Positions 23,827 through 35,878 are shown, numbered from the whole stretch's first letter. The stretch: DNA of 61,069 bases, filler included, from Asterionella formosa (GCA_002256025.1; 18 parts of 18 records of this genome joined end to end with filler, not necessarily neighbours in it), one strand, 5' to 3'. Notes: generated from the sequence alone by a model not told the origin. Numbers and translations are program-made.

Positions 23827-25715
23827 GTGGTTCCGATCACCATGTTCTCCACCATTCTCGCCCCACTTTGAATATCCATCACATCTTTGCGTTTCTGGGA
23901 AGTCCTGGCTGGTAATTTACACAAGAATTTAAGATTCTTTTCCATTGGGCCTCCATTAAAAACCTGTGGACTTCCGAAACGATGAATGTTTCTTACAGTA
24001 TGCATCTGTTGATGAAACTTCGCAAGCTTCCATCCCTGAGAGGTTGTTGTTCTCGGGCATTCTTTTACCAGCTTAGTAAAATAGTAGTTGACAACGCTTT
24101 GGTGTTCCTGTGGTAAATTTCCCACATCAAAACTCTCTTTACTAAACCAGGTATTGTAGCAGAGCATCCCTTCGAATAGACCTTGAAAGTTTCGAATTTC
24201 TTGATTGGTCATACCACTTTCTTCTCGGCAGATTTTGATTCCAGCATCACATGCCATGACAACACAGGCAATAAGCATCACTCCGATTCTTTCGTTAGCA
24301 GTTATTTTCGTTTTGCAACCATGAAAGCCGAAATTGAAGGAACATCAAGGAAGGTCTCGGTCACTCTGGTGAAGGAAGAGTTTAGATATTTTGTTGAAAA
24401 ACTGGTCAAACAGTTTTCGATTGGAATTACCCTTCACTGTTTTGGGGCGCCCAATCATATAAGAATATAGCTCCATGAGGTGATACATTATTCCTTCTTG
24501 AATGGAATGGAGTTTTTCAGGAGGAATGTGCCCATTAACACCAAGAGGATTGCCACCAAAACACAACTGATACCAAAAGGGATAGATGAATCTTTGGCTC
24601 ACATTATCCAATAAATCTTCTATGCCCCGGATTAATAGTTCCTCGTAATCAATCTGACCTACAGGACTGCATTCATGAGATGGATTCTCCGTTTGATCAA
24701 ACGGACAATCACATTCATGACACATTCTGGCAGTCTTTAGATATGTTTTCTTTCGTCCGCATTGTCCATCTAAACCTTCAGCATCACCGAGAATTAGACC
24801 AACCGGAACTTTCACATTAAGTGTAAATTGATTGCCTCCGAAATTGAAAATGTGTTTGAATCCACCAGCTTGTTGGACATTCTTGACCCCCTCAAGAATC
24901 ACACCAAGGATAGCGTGATAATCGGATTCCTTTTGATCAGGGGTTAGGGACTGGATTTCAGATAGACTTGATGAGGTCAGCTTTGGGATCAATCCGATTG
25001 GCCGCCATGCATTGACCTTATTTCTCACATTGGTAGTAAATATACCAAGTGACATTAGGAGAGGCTCCATTGTGTACTTTCCTTTTTCAACCGTCTGTGT
25101 CTTGTCAATAAAGAACATGAGTGGAACAAGGAAGTCATTTGGCTGAGAACATAAATATTCATGGGCATCTATCCACCAGGTACCAGTGTGAAATTCGGAT
25201 CTGACACTGGTGGGATGTGGTGCTTTACACGGATTGACGAAATCAAATGACACATTTTGTGGTGCCATTAGTATGTCATTTGTCAAGAGATTCTTAACCT
25301 GAGCCATAAAATCAAAACATACAACATCAATCAGTTTTCCATCATGCAATATGGCCTGTTTCACCTGGGGAGTTCAATCATTATGTTAAATCGGTTTTGA
25401 AATTCTTTCAGAACAGTGGTCCTCCTGGGAGGACAAGATTCAAAAATGAATCCAGCTTCCTGAGCTGTGCTGCAGAAACTCATGATTTGATCATACATAA
25501 AAAGAAGAGAACGGGTGATGAGCAAAAGACTAATCAGTTGAGACTTCATTACATTGCCAACTGAGAATGGTATACCAGGATCGGCGGAGGAAAACCTTAT
25601 CCCTGTGGTGCTCAGGACTGGAATAGTATTGGTTTCATCCTGTACCACTATTTCGCTTGTATTTTCTTCATCTTCTTTTTGATCAATGTCATATATATTG
25701 GTATGATCGCCAAAA
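23827..25715 (-). mobile_element. Plavaka/EnSpm (CACTA-related) transposase pseudogene
   Basis: FDFMAQVKNLL, EFHTGTWW, LVPLMFFIDKT, WRPIGLIP, GDAEGLDGQCG..CHECDC, EKLHSIQEG and KFHQQMH..IHRFGSPQVFNGGPMEKNLK..KLPARTSQKR. Frameshifts lie near 25362 and 24345. Confidence 0.8.
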
Positions 25716-26234
25716 TGTAGTGTTTGAACATAGTAGGGTCGGAGATGGGGAAGGGGTATGGGAACCAACCGGGAGGGGAACAACCCGATGAACAGAACAA
25801 TGTGTGTTCCTCCACATGCCATTCCATCCGAACAACCCTCCATCATCTCACATTCAACGAATTTTCAGAGACATTATATTTTCCCCGGGAAAAGAACCAA
25901 TTCTTACCACACTACGGAACTTCTCCGGAAATCAATGTACTATCCAAAGGTTGATAATCGCTTATAATCGCCCTAAAAATAATGGTAATTATACATCACC
26001 ACGGAAACTGAGATCGGACACCACTTCAGTCAGTACTCACCTACTTACTATACAACTTGATACTGAACGGGACACATCAACCTCTACGAGGTCCATGCTA
26101 CCTTCCCCTCCCACTATCAATACTGCTTCCGCTCCTGGTGAAATTTCGCAGCCATCCACGCCTGCGGGGGGGCGGCGGGGNNNNNNNNNNNNNNNNNNCC
26201 CCCCCCCACACGCACCATGACTTAAATAAAACAA

Positions 26235-26318
26235 GACTACAGATTCAAGCCAACTGATGAAGCCCCTTCAGGCGAAAAGTAACATTAGTCTCATTACTTT
26301 TTGGCAACTTAAGTAGTC
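26235..26318 (+). ncRNA. Type I hammerhead ribozyme
   Basis: Stem I GCCAA (26249-53) / TTGGC (26301-05), extended by GACTAC/GTAGTC. Core CTGATGA (26254-60) plus an extra A. Stem II GCC-CCTTCA-GGC, then GAAA (26274-77). Stem III AAGTAA/TTACTT. The NUH cleavage triplet UUU ends at 26300. Confidence 0.85.
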
Positions 26319-26358
26319 ACCTCATCGTCGCTTGGATAATAGTCGTTGTAGCCCACAC

Positions 26359-26383
26359 CCCTACCCTAACCCTAACCCTAACC
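26359..26383 (+). repeat. Interstitial telomeric repeat CCCTA(CCCTAA)3CC
   Basis: Three perfect CCCTAA units at 26364-26381 plus partial units on either side. Confidence 0.8.
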
Positions 26384-26738
26384 TGAGACCATTGAACTTC
26401 CCACCATAGTTTTTTTACCTGCAAAACTGTGGGATCGCTTTCCTGAAATATCACAAGTTGGTCTCACATTATTTTCCAATTTAATGATGTGGGATCCCAG
26501 TGAACGATGGACTGCTCAACAGGCAAGCAAGTCGATTTAATTTGATGAATTGCCCATGCCAACACCAGACAGTGCCAAGCCAAGATTCCATGACAGAAAA
26601 TAGACAAATGATTTACTAATATTTAAAATGAAATTAAATGAATCAAATCAACACCAGCAGATACTTGGTATTTCACTACTGGCAGCTTTAAGAAAGAAAA
26701 TTAGTATGCATGTTCACAAATCATCAGAGCAAAAATGA

Positions 26739-27129
26739 TTAATCACAATCTTGCTTAATTGCGGAACAGTAGCTACCACAGTTGCAAATCAGTGGTGGGC
26801 AAAAATATATTGTTGCAATATTACATGCTTCTGTTGGAACTGGCCCTGTAAAATTGTTCTTTCCAAAATTTAATGTGGCTGTCAAGAGAGTGAAATTTTA
26901 GAACAAATGGTCAAGTAATGTAAGTTTCAGATAAACAAAACTTACTCAATGAAGACATGAGACCAATTTCTGTGGGAATTGGACCAGTAAACATATTGGA
27001 TGGAATCTGAAAATCATTGAGAATTGTCAAGAATCCAATCTCTGTAGGAAGTAAACCAGTCAACTGATTATCATGTAGATACAATTTCGTTAGATTTGTC
27101 AAGTATCCAATCTCTGTTGGAAGTGTCCC
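26739..27129 (-). CDS. Leucine-rich repeat protein, C-terminal part (intron about 26945-26879)
   Basis: LxxLxLxxNxLTGxLPTEIG repeats. The last exon ends in a Cys-rich cap (CNIATIYFCPPLICNCGSYCSAIKQDCD-stop). Confidence 0.82.
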
Positions 27130-27245
27130 NNNNNNNNNNNNNNNNNNNNNNNNNNNNNNNNNNNNNNNNNNNNTTAATTAATTAANNNNNNNNNNNNNNN
27201 NNNNNNNNNNNNNNNNNNNNNNNNNNNNNAACGGAATATCATAAA

Positions 27246-28745
27246 ATGGATGTTTCAAGTCCCCACATTTCGTGGCCTGAAGTGCATTCTACCATGATGG
27301 CGTCAATTCGCAGTGTTGGCACAGCTTGCACCTTGGCCGCAGTAGGAGTCTATCTGCACAGGCGCGGATTTGTTGTTGGAGAAGGGAAACGAATACTTGC
27401 TCTCATTTCCCAGCAAGTAACCATTCCACTCTTTCTTTTCACAAGACTGGTATATTGTAATCAAGATTGGAGTGACGAGCCCTGTCCTAGAATAACTGAT
27501 TCATTGGAAAAAGGATGGTTCTTGCTCTTGTGGCCTGCCTACGTGGTAGCTTGGGGTCTCGTCGTTGGATATTTGGCTTCCATCGTGTCTCGCACACCGA
27601 AGAGTCAGCTAAAGGCAGTCTTGGCAGCATGTGCGTTTGGGAATTCCACGGGTCTCCCCATTACTCTTCTGACTGTTGTACATACAAACTTTCCTAATAC
27701 GACCGAACTGGGATCCGTCGATCCAACCTTGTTCCTATCCATCTATTTGCTGTCTTATCCCATTCTACAATGGGGAGTTGGTGGGTGGTTGCTTGCTCCC
27801 GACGATCAAGACACATCCATAGAGCCGGTGACCATAGCGACACCAATTCAAAAAGCGATCAACCAAGCCAATATTGCGATGCATCGCAATGTCTTGAATA
27901 ATCTCCAAACAGAACTCTGGTACTCTGATACGCGACGTGGTATTGGTGAAGCAGATGCCAGTATGTATATAAGCACACCAGACTTGGTAGGCCTGAAATC
28001 TGATTCTTCGCAGATTATCGAAGCCTTGCCAATGACATTTAAAATTCCACCTCCTCCAGTAGACATATACTGGCATTCGGGCAAAGACGCAGATCCAGAA
28101 ACAAACACACTACTGGGTGAGCAAGAAATAAAACTCGCTGCTGCCGACCAATACAGCACTACTGTAGTATGGGATATACTGAAAAAGATTCTGTCCCGAT
28201 GCCTCCAGCCACCTGTCGTGGGTGCCATATTGGGGTTGATTGTTGCCGCCACTCCTATACGGGGCCTTTTTGTCGATTTGGTGAAGCGCCAAAATGGTGC
28301 ACCACTTGGGTGGTTTTTTGGTGCCCTCTATGCTGTTGGTCAAGCGGCAATTCCATTGAACATGATGATTCTAGGTTGTAACTTATCGAAAAGCATGATG
28401 GGAAGTAGAAGTGGTATGCTCAAGCCTACTGTGTTCTCAAAAAAGACCGTGATGGCCATTGTCGTTGGTAAACTTCTCATCATGCCAATTATTGGTGTCG
28501 CTTCTGTAACTGTACTCCAGCCTATTCAAAAAATCCCTGAATCCATTAATGCCTCTATGTATCTCGTGGCTATGATTGTATTCATTACGCCCACAGCAAA
28601 CAATGTGATGATTATGGTGGAATTGAGTGGGAGTGGGATGAATGAGAGCATAGCCAATTGTATTGCCTGGCAGTATGCTGTCGTCCCTTTGATTTTAAGT
28701 TTTTCGATGGCGTTGGTTGTGGGCGTGGCTAGTCAATGGAGCTAG
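27246..28745 (+). CDS. PILS/auxin efflux carrier-like membrane transporter (AEC/Mem_trans family)
   Basis: 499 aa with two hydrophobic halves and a central loop. Motifs: TIPLFLF, AACAFGNSTGLPITLL, QPPVVGAILG, GQAAIPLNMMILGCNL, TPTANNVMIM. Confidence 0.88.
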   Translation: MDVSSPHISWPEVHSTMMASIRSVGTACTLAAVGVYLHRRGFVVGEGKRILALISQQVTIPLFLFTRLVYCNQDWSDEPCPRITDSLEKGWFLLLWPAYVVAWGLVVGYLASIVSRTPKSQLKAVLAACAFGNSTGLPITLLTVVHTNFPNTTELGSVDPTLFLSIYLLSYPILQWGVGGWLLAPDDQDTSIEPVTIATPIQKAINQANIAMHRNVLNNLQTELWYSDTRRGIGEADASMYISTPDLVGLKSDSSQIIEALPMTFKIPPPPVDIYWHSGKDADPETNTLLGEQEIKLAAADQYSTTVVWDILKKILSRCLQPPVVGAILGLIVAATPIRGLFVDLVKRQNGAPLGWFFGALYAVGQAAIPLNMMILGCNLSKSMMGSRSGMLKPTVFSKKTVMAIVVGKLLIMPIIGVASVTVLQPIQKIPESINASMYLVAMIVFITPTANNVMIMVELSGSGMNESIANCIAWQYAVVPLILSFSMALVVGVASQWS

Positions 28746-28999
28746 CATCTAGTCCTACAACTGGAGAGCTGGTTCGAGCGAGTGCTAACGAACTGAAGTA
28801 CAACTTCGCTTTAGTTGCAAATAAGCACTTGCGTCAATCCCGAGCTCTTAAGAACATCAATGAAAAAAATTCTTGTGTACCGCTCATTATGCGTGTTCAT
28901 TGAGTTGCAAATAATAATGATGCATAGTCCTTATGTTCTGCTTTGCGGAAGCTGAAGTTTCGGAAACGGTTAGTGATCTATAGTGATTGGACAAGTTAA

Positions 29000-30371
29000 A
29001 GAATTTCAAGCAAGGGACTGATATTAAACATTGCATTCCTGTTAGAAGTTGCTCATCGCCTTCAGCTATCCAAATTGCAGTTATCAAATCTTTCTTTCAA
29101 TAGCACGGCTTTCATTTCTTCTTTGACATATATCCCAGGTGCTTCAACCAAGTAGGTGCTTAAATATCTTATTGGCAGGAGTACAAATAGCCAACACGGA
29201 TCCTGTAGGGAAAATTCTTCGACATTATGGCTGTAAATTTCAATTCCTTTCCGCAATAGATTGTCGTGTTCGAGGGTCCGCTTGAAACGCCTACGATTTA
29301 CATATGTTTCTTCAATGTCGGCAATGTGCAGGCTTTTTGCGAGTTCGAATGGGTCGGGAGGATTTCGTTTCAACGCTAGTTTGACAGCTAGGAGGTTCTT
29401 CTGGAATGGCCGTCCCTTGATGCATGGCATTGTAGTTTCGTCGTGGTCGCTTGTTACCAACAACAACTGATGAGGTGACGTTGGGTATATCCTTTGTACG
29501 AAGTCGAGTTTGCACTGTTTTATCCGACAACGATATAATTCTGGTCGATGCAGGAGCTTTCGGTTCTTTAGAGGTCTTGGTCTTGTTTGCAGGAGACAGC
29601 TTTTCCTGGAGTTCATTTTTATCTTTTGAAAAGCGCTTGTAACGCCATTTAATGGCAATCGCCGAGCGCCTTGGAAGGTACTTATCACATATACCTTGGT
29701 AGTTACGGCCAAGCTTCGCGATGCCCTTCAAGAGTAAGTCATCATCTTGCGCTGTCCATGATTTTCGTGACAAGTGGTCCTCTTTCTCTGTTTCAGGTAC
29801 TAGCGATGAATGAAATTCGTTTGAGACCTTTGAGATTGTATTGGCTCGTCGTTTGAGGGTTGAGTGAGGTCGATTGGGGTCACAAGAAATATTCGCTTGT
29901 AACCTGGGCTTGACACAATTCTCTGTGGCAGACACACAGTCAACATCCTGCGTTCGATCCCCTGATATTGACTCGTTACGAACACTTGATGATGGAGATA
30001 ATGATCTGTACCCCTGAAAAGTTCGGGGCGACGAAAACGAAGATACGGCAGGTGTAGATTTAATGGCAAAGCGGACTCCGTAGACAACGAGGTTAAATAT
30101 TTCTTCCTCGTCATCGTCTCCGACGAACGCAACTGGTCGCAAGCGAGCACCCGATGGTTCGTCCTTAACGTTTTTTAGGCCAATAGGACGGCCTTCCGAC
30201 CACTCGTCTTCGTTTGTTTCGTCGTTCTCCTGAAAATAAATATTGAGAGTTGGGTGAGAGATGTGTGAGGAGAACGGTGCAACAAGAACTCCTGTCACGA
30301 AAATAGGCATTGCTTACCTCCCCCGAAGCATCGTCACTAGGATCATAAGAAAATCGCGCAGAGGAATTCAT
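29000..30371 (-). pseudogene. Myb/SANT-repeat protein gene with one intact repeat; downstream repeats frameshifted or degenerate (intron 30317-30230)
   Basis: RKSWTAQDDDLLLKGIAKLGRNYQGICDKYLPRRSAIAIKWRY is a Myb repeat. Further repeats RFKRTLEHDNLLRKGIEIYSHN and IWIAEGDEQLLTG lie in other frames after about 29320. Confidence 0.65.
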
Positions 30372-30628
30372 CCTGAGGAAGCTAAAGGAACGATTGCCTC
30401 GGTCGCAGATTTGTTGCTTTCAGCATAAACTAATAAAATAATTGTTCTCGACACCAAGAACTGCTTGTTGGTTCACGCTCCATTAATCCAAGCGAGAATC
30501 GTAACGTGAGCCAACTGTATTGAAACTTNNNNNNNNNNNNNNNNNNNNNNNNNNNNNNNNNNNNNNNNNNNNTTAATTAATTAANNNNNNNNNNNNNNNN
30601 NNNNNNNNNNNNNNNNNNNNNNNNNNNN

Positions 30629-31678
30629 CGCTGGAGTCGGTACAGTAACAGGAACTGGCGCTGGTGCCGACGTTGGCATAACAACAGGGGTCGGTGCAGG
30701 AGTTTTAGGTTTGAAACGATCACAGACGTAATTTCCGTTTTTGCAGACACAGGTCTTTGTACCGTTTTTCCCGTTTCTAGTTAGATCGTACAAGCATGTG
30801 CGGTTACCGGCACAGGGGATTACCTCGTTCCGTTTCGGGGGATTCGGAGGACAAGTGAAAGGATTGTTGCAGACAAATGATGAGTCTTTGCAGACACAGG
30901 TTATTGTCGCGTTTATTCCGCGTCTGGTTATAGGGTATAAACACGTGAGGTCACCGTCACATGAGATTGTTTGGGTCTTTTTCGGACGGTTGGGAGGGCA
31001 AAGGTTTGTGATAGGACTTGAAGTTGGTCCGGAAGGAGCAGATGGAATAGGTGGTGCGACGGTAATGGGTGCCACGGTTGGAGCAACAACAGGAACTGGT
31101 GCAGGGGTGGGAACAACAACCGGAACTGGTGCTGGAGTTGGAACAATAACAGGAACTGGTGCCGGAGTAGAAGAATACACTGGGCTCATAGCTGGACTGT
31201 CGACAGGACTTGGTGGCGGAGTCGAAATTCCTGGTGGTGAGGCAAGAAGCGGTGCTGGTGTTGGATCTACAACAGTAACTGGTGCTGGTGTTGGAACTAC
31301 AACAGGAACTGGCGCTGGTGTTGGAACAATAACAGGAGTTGGTGCAAGAGTCCAAGTATCAGTGGGGCTCATAGCTGGACTGTCCACAGGATTTGGTGGA
31401 GGAGTGGATGGTGAGACTACGAGTGGTGCCGGCGTGGACACAACAACAGGGATCGGTACTGGGGTTGGAACTTCATCAGGAACTGGCGCTGGGGTTGGAA
31501 CCATATCGGGAGTTGGTGCAGGCGTGGGAACAACAGCCGGAGTGGGTGCCGGGGTCACAGGCACAAGGGGAGCAGACGTTGTCACAACAACGGGAATCGG
31601 CCAAGGACTAGCCTGTGCCAGAGCACCGCTGGTGAGAAGGCAGAGCCCCACGGCGATTTCGGTGATGCAAAACTTCAT
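30629..31678 (-). CDS. Secreted Pro/Thr/Val-rich (PTPAP-repeat) mucin or cell-wall-like protein with two 6-Cys modules; 3' end cut by contig edge
   Basis: Signal peptide MKFCITEIAVGLCLLTSGALAQA, many VVPTPAP repeats, and two CPPNxP...C....xTCLY......TCVCK..xxVC modules. Confidence 0.85.
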
Positions 31679-34600
31679 CTTTCATGCAAGTTTCGTCGAC
31701 TCTAGAAATTTTGTCCTGTTTTATGGAGTTATCAGAAGTTTCTTGCTTTCCGCAAATCAATTCACGCTGGGTGTATGATCTGTTTTTACGAGCAAAAAAT
31801 CTGGAAGGATACAACAAATACCTGTCGCTTACCCCTTTTTAACACTACAATCGACCTTATTGTCAGAAAACAAACCCAGATCACGCCCAAGGAGCTTTCA
31901 TTTAAATCCGATCAAAAAGGGTGGCAACCTCGATTCACTGTACCGGTATTAATATATCTACACATTTAATCAACCTAATTTTCCCGCTGAATACCACAGA
32001 GTCCATCTACCAGCCTGTATTTGGTATAGCTTTTACCTTCCTTTGAAATATATATCGGCTACCAAAACAGCAAGTGAAAAGATTGTGATAGACGTGTCAA
32101 AACGGGTTCATAGATCAGAATCTGCCATATTAAATAGCATATATGATAATAGCCCATAGATAAACTGAACAAAAAAGTGATGCGAGCAATAGTTAAGGTC
32201 ACATTAAAGCCCTATCCTGGGGGCGCCTACCGGTACCGGTACATACATTTAATATGAACTCCTGCATGTGCCATCCAAAGCTGACGATAACAGGCGTTCA
32301 TAGTAAATTTGTTGACGTTTCATTTGAGCCCTTTCCCAGAACCAAAATTTTAGCCCTTATCGTCATTACTTTTCTCGCGATTACCGGTATTCCTTTTCAG
32401 TTTATATACCCGGTAGGATCATAATTGTAGAATCATTGATTCAAACGAATGCAGAACTATTGGCCAAAATAAAATTAGAGCCTTTTTCCTCAATCATAAA
32501 TGATTGATATCATTCTTTGGAATAAATACATGAGGATCACACTAACTACTATTTGAACCAGCGCCAGCATCGCTAACCCGTTACTACAGTACCGGTACAG
32601 ACGTCCTTTCCGGATGTGTGAATGAACTACCTGGTTACTTCTGATCTTCCCAATCCATGTACCGGTACCCGGTACCGGAATCTATTAAAAATATTGTCAC
32701 ACGATTTGTATTGAAATATTGTTGGGTGTCGTAAATTATGAAAATTCAGAACCTTATGTAACGATAGTAAATCCTGTTATTCGGTTTTGGCGTGTCCCAT
32801 AAGTAACATGTCATATGATATAATGGTACTGGTAATAAACAACCGGTAATGTGTGTACGCTGACTAACACAAGGAACAATGCCAGTACCGGCAGACAAAA
32901 TCTTCCGTTCCTACGGGGTTATTTATTTAAGAAGGCAAAAATTTGATTTACCACACTTACCCATACCACATGGAAGACCTGTTGTTACAGGTAGGATTCG
33001 GATGCCAGGGCAATACAAAATGGAATTTGCCGCCACAAGATTATTGAATGTACATATACATAAACCCATATTACATTTTTCGTCATGATCCTCGTCTGAA
33101 AAGGGAATCAGCATACCGGCAAATGTGGTCCGACTAATTATACATATGTAGCATCGTTAAGGTTGCGGTACTTGCTTAACCCTAGTTTGGAGAACATGTC
33201 GCTAGGGTTGTTAAAACGGCGGGGAAAAGGGTCCTCCTACTAAAAATTCCCTTGATTCGATTGTCGATTTGAATATTTGAATTAACCAGGAATCGGCGAC
33301 AGATTGACAGAGTCCCATTTTTAAAAAGCAAAATGATATTTAAACGTTTATACTTACTATATTTAGGTTGCTGAATGTAGACATGATTTTGCTCGACGCC
33401 AAAACATTTACAGCTACCTCTATATAAAAAGGAGTACCAGGTACCGGTATGCCAACAATTCCTAGGCTCATGGTTCGTTTCGTGTTTAAACGTTCGATTG
33501 AATCTACGTAGGTTTGATATTACTCCACTCACAAAGGTGTATATAAAAATATGTACCGGAGTACCAGAGTACCACTTCGCCGGTAGTTCATAATCTTGGT
33601 TCATGTGGATGAATCTACCAGGTATCACGTACCAGGTAGAATTGATTTTACCAAACGGTGTACAATACATCTAATACGTGTAGTTCAAGATTGGCTGGCT
33701 TGATTTTACAAGACCGGAATACTTAAGCCAATATTGAGCAGGTGAGTAAAATCAATTCAACCAATCAGAATATGTGTAATGACGCGGCAACTTACCCTCG
33801 AGTCTTTTCGGATTGAGAATTACTGGTATGCAGCAGCAAAACATGCCTACGCTGTCTACAAGAACGTTTTCGCACGTTCAAATTCCGTTTCCAATTTTTT
33901 GGCGACAGTTGAAAAAGCCGATCGGGNNNNNNNNNNNNNNNNNNNNNNNNNNNNNNNNNNNNNNNNNNNNTTAATTAATTAANNNNNNNNNNNNNNNNNN
34001 NNNNNNNNNNNNNNNNNNNNNNNNNNTTTGAGAAAGACCGGAGGGCTGAAAGTCGTTGGGATCGAAATCAGTGTCTGAGTCGCTTTCCGTCATGTTCCGA
34101 CGAAAACAAGTGGGCACTATCTGCCGTTGGTTCAATGGTGGTGATGCGCAGATAAGGGATACTAAATAACAAATGCGGTGGAAGCTCTGGAATCATTTGG
34201 AATGCGAACTCTAAGAAAGCGGGATGATTGCTGAAATAAGACGAGATTATGTATATTAGAGTTTCGTTCACGAATATAATTATTAAACAGACTCTCAACA
34301 GTTCTGCCTTCGTGTCATTATAATGATACATTACGGAATGCTGAGTACATAATATGATCATGAATACCACATTGACACATACATTCATGCAGGTACATGT
34401 ACATACATATTATTGTATGGAAAATATTCATGAGCGAAACCAAATTACGGCTGGTGACCAACTCGAGTGCCTACCGTCAAGGGTAGAATCGGTACGTGCA
34501 TTCTTGTGTGCAGAATTATGTGCTCAGAGTACAATGGGCGCCCACCTTCAGTTTTTCCCCCTTGAATTCTTCTTCTTTGTCATGATGTCAATACTTCAGT

Positions 34601-35776
34601 GAACAACTCTCACAGAATTGGATTTTTCGTGTTATCTGGCAGAGGACCCCTAATCATTATTGCTTTGCTTCCACATGAATTGTTCTTGCCTTCTTCATTG
34701 TTATGACAGACTTTTTTCCAACAACAACTCAAAACAGAATGCTGGTTCTTTTTTCATTCAAGTTGATACAGATCGAAATTTTTTGAGTTGAACTGTCAGC
34801 AGACTCAAACCGAATTTTGTTTTCCATATGAAATATTAGTCTTCTTAGTGATAATAGAGCAAATCAAAACAGTTTTTTTGTACTATAGAACTAGTTGATC
34901 CAAAATCAATTTCTTTTATCAAAGTAAACTTTAACAGGCTCAAACCAAATTTTGATTACCATCTGAATTGATATTTGTTGTCAAGATGAGAGATTGTGAT
35001 TCATGTTTAGCAACTGGATTTGCAAATCATCCTTGGTCAATAAGAGTAAAAGCCTTTCCTAAATTATTTAGGGAATATTCGAAATTGAAAGCTGATCTAT
35101 CTTACCCAGCAGGTATGGCAGGACTCATTGGGAAGGAGTCAGAATTGAAAAGGTGACATAAAATATACATTACCTGAACTTCCACATTTCAAAGAAGTGT
35201 AGACATCTAGGCTATTGTCACATGTTGCATTGAGTGCAATGGATATGGGATGGTGTACGATCTCATACACCGATACTGTGATTCCCAATTCCGACAACAA
35301 GTAAGTCATTCAACGAATTCTGGATTCCGTCTTCTGGAAGACTCGCTCGCTCTTTTGTATAAGTCATTGTATTTACATATAATGATTGTAGATGACCTGC
35401 TTACTATATGTCAAGGTGTCTGGTAAAACTGATATGCATGGCATGATGATTTAAACTTATCACAGCCACCTTGAAGTTGAAATACCGGTAGCGGGAGGCA
35501 ATCTTATTATCATGCATGTATACATAGACGAATGTCTAGCGACGATAATAGAACAAATCCTCGCTAAATTTAAAATTATTCATACCGTAATAAATGCACA
35601 AAATCTATGGAGCAAGCCTCCTGAAGGTAAGACTCGACCGAGGGTGACTGGAGACTGCCTGCGGGTATTCTTTTGTTCGAGGCTTGGGAGGCGCGAGTAG
35701 GTTGACCGAATGAGTGCGATAGTTTGTATGTTGGATGCAAACTAGCCAATTGCCCTTCATATAATAGATATATTGC

Positions 35777-35878
35777 ATATTTCATATGTACAGTTTTTGG
35801 ATTATTCAATCCTGCAATTGCCTGTCATATAAAACATATTACGTATATTTCAAATGCTCCGTTTTGGGACTGCTAAAC
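35777..35878. repeat. Dispersed repeat copy (matches 3199-3300 inverted)
   Basis: About 100 nt of colinear similarity between contigs 1 and 11. Confidence 0.8.

Larger units (their letters stand above)
25790..26383 (+). mobile_element. 3' end of a Penelope-like retroelement, apparently without endonuclease, with a hammerhead ribozyme and telomeric repeats
   Basis: The ORF VFLHMPFHPNNPPSSHIQRIF...IQRLIIAYNRPKNNGNY resembles the PLE post-thumb 'IVAYRRPKNL' motif and is not followed by a GIY-YIG domain. A hammerhead (26235-26318) and (CCCTAA)3 lie downstream. Confidence 0.65.

Noticed and set aside
30741..31778. 345-aa Gly/Thr/Val-rich ORF on the + strand
   Set aside because: It is the antisense shadow of the PTPAP-repeat secreted protein, which has the signal peptide and Cys modules.
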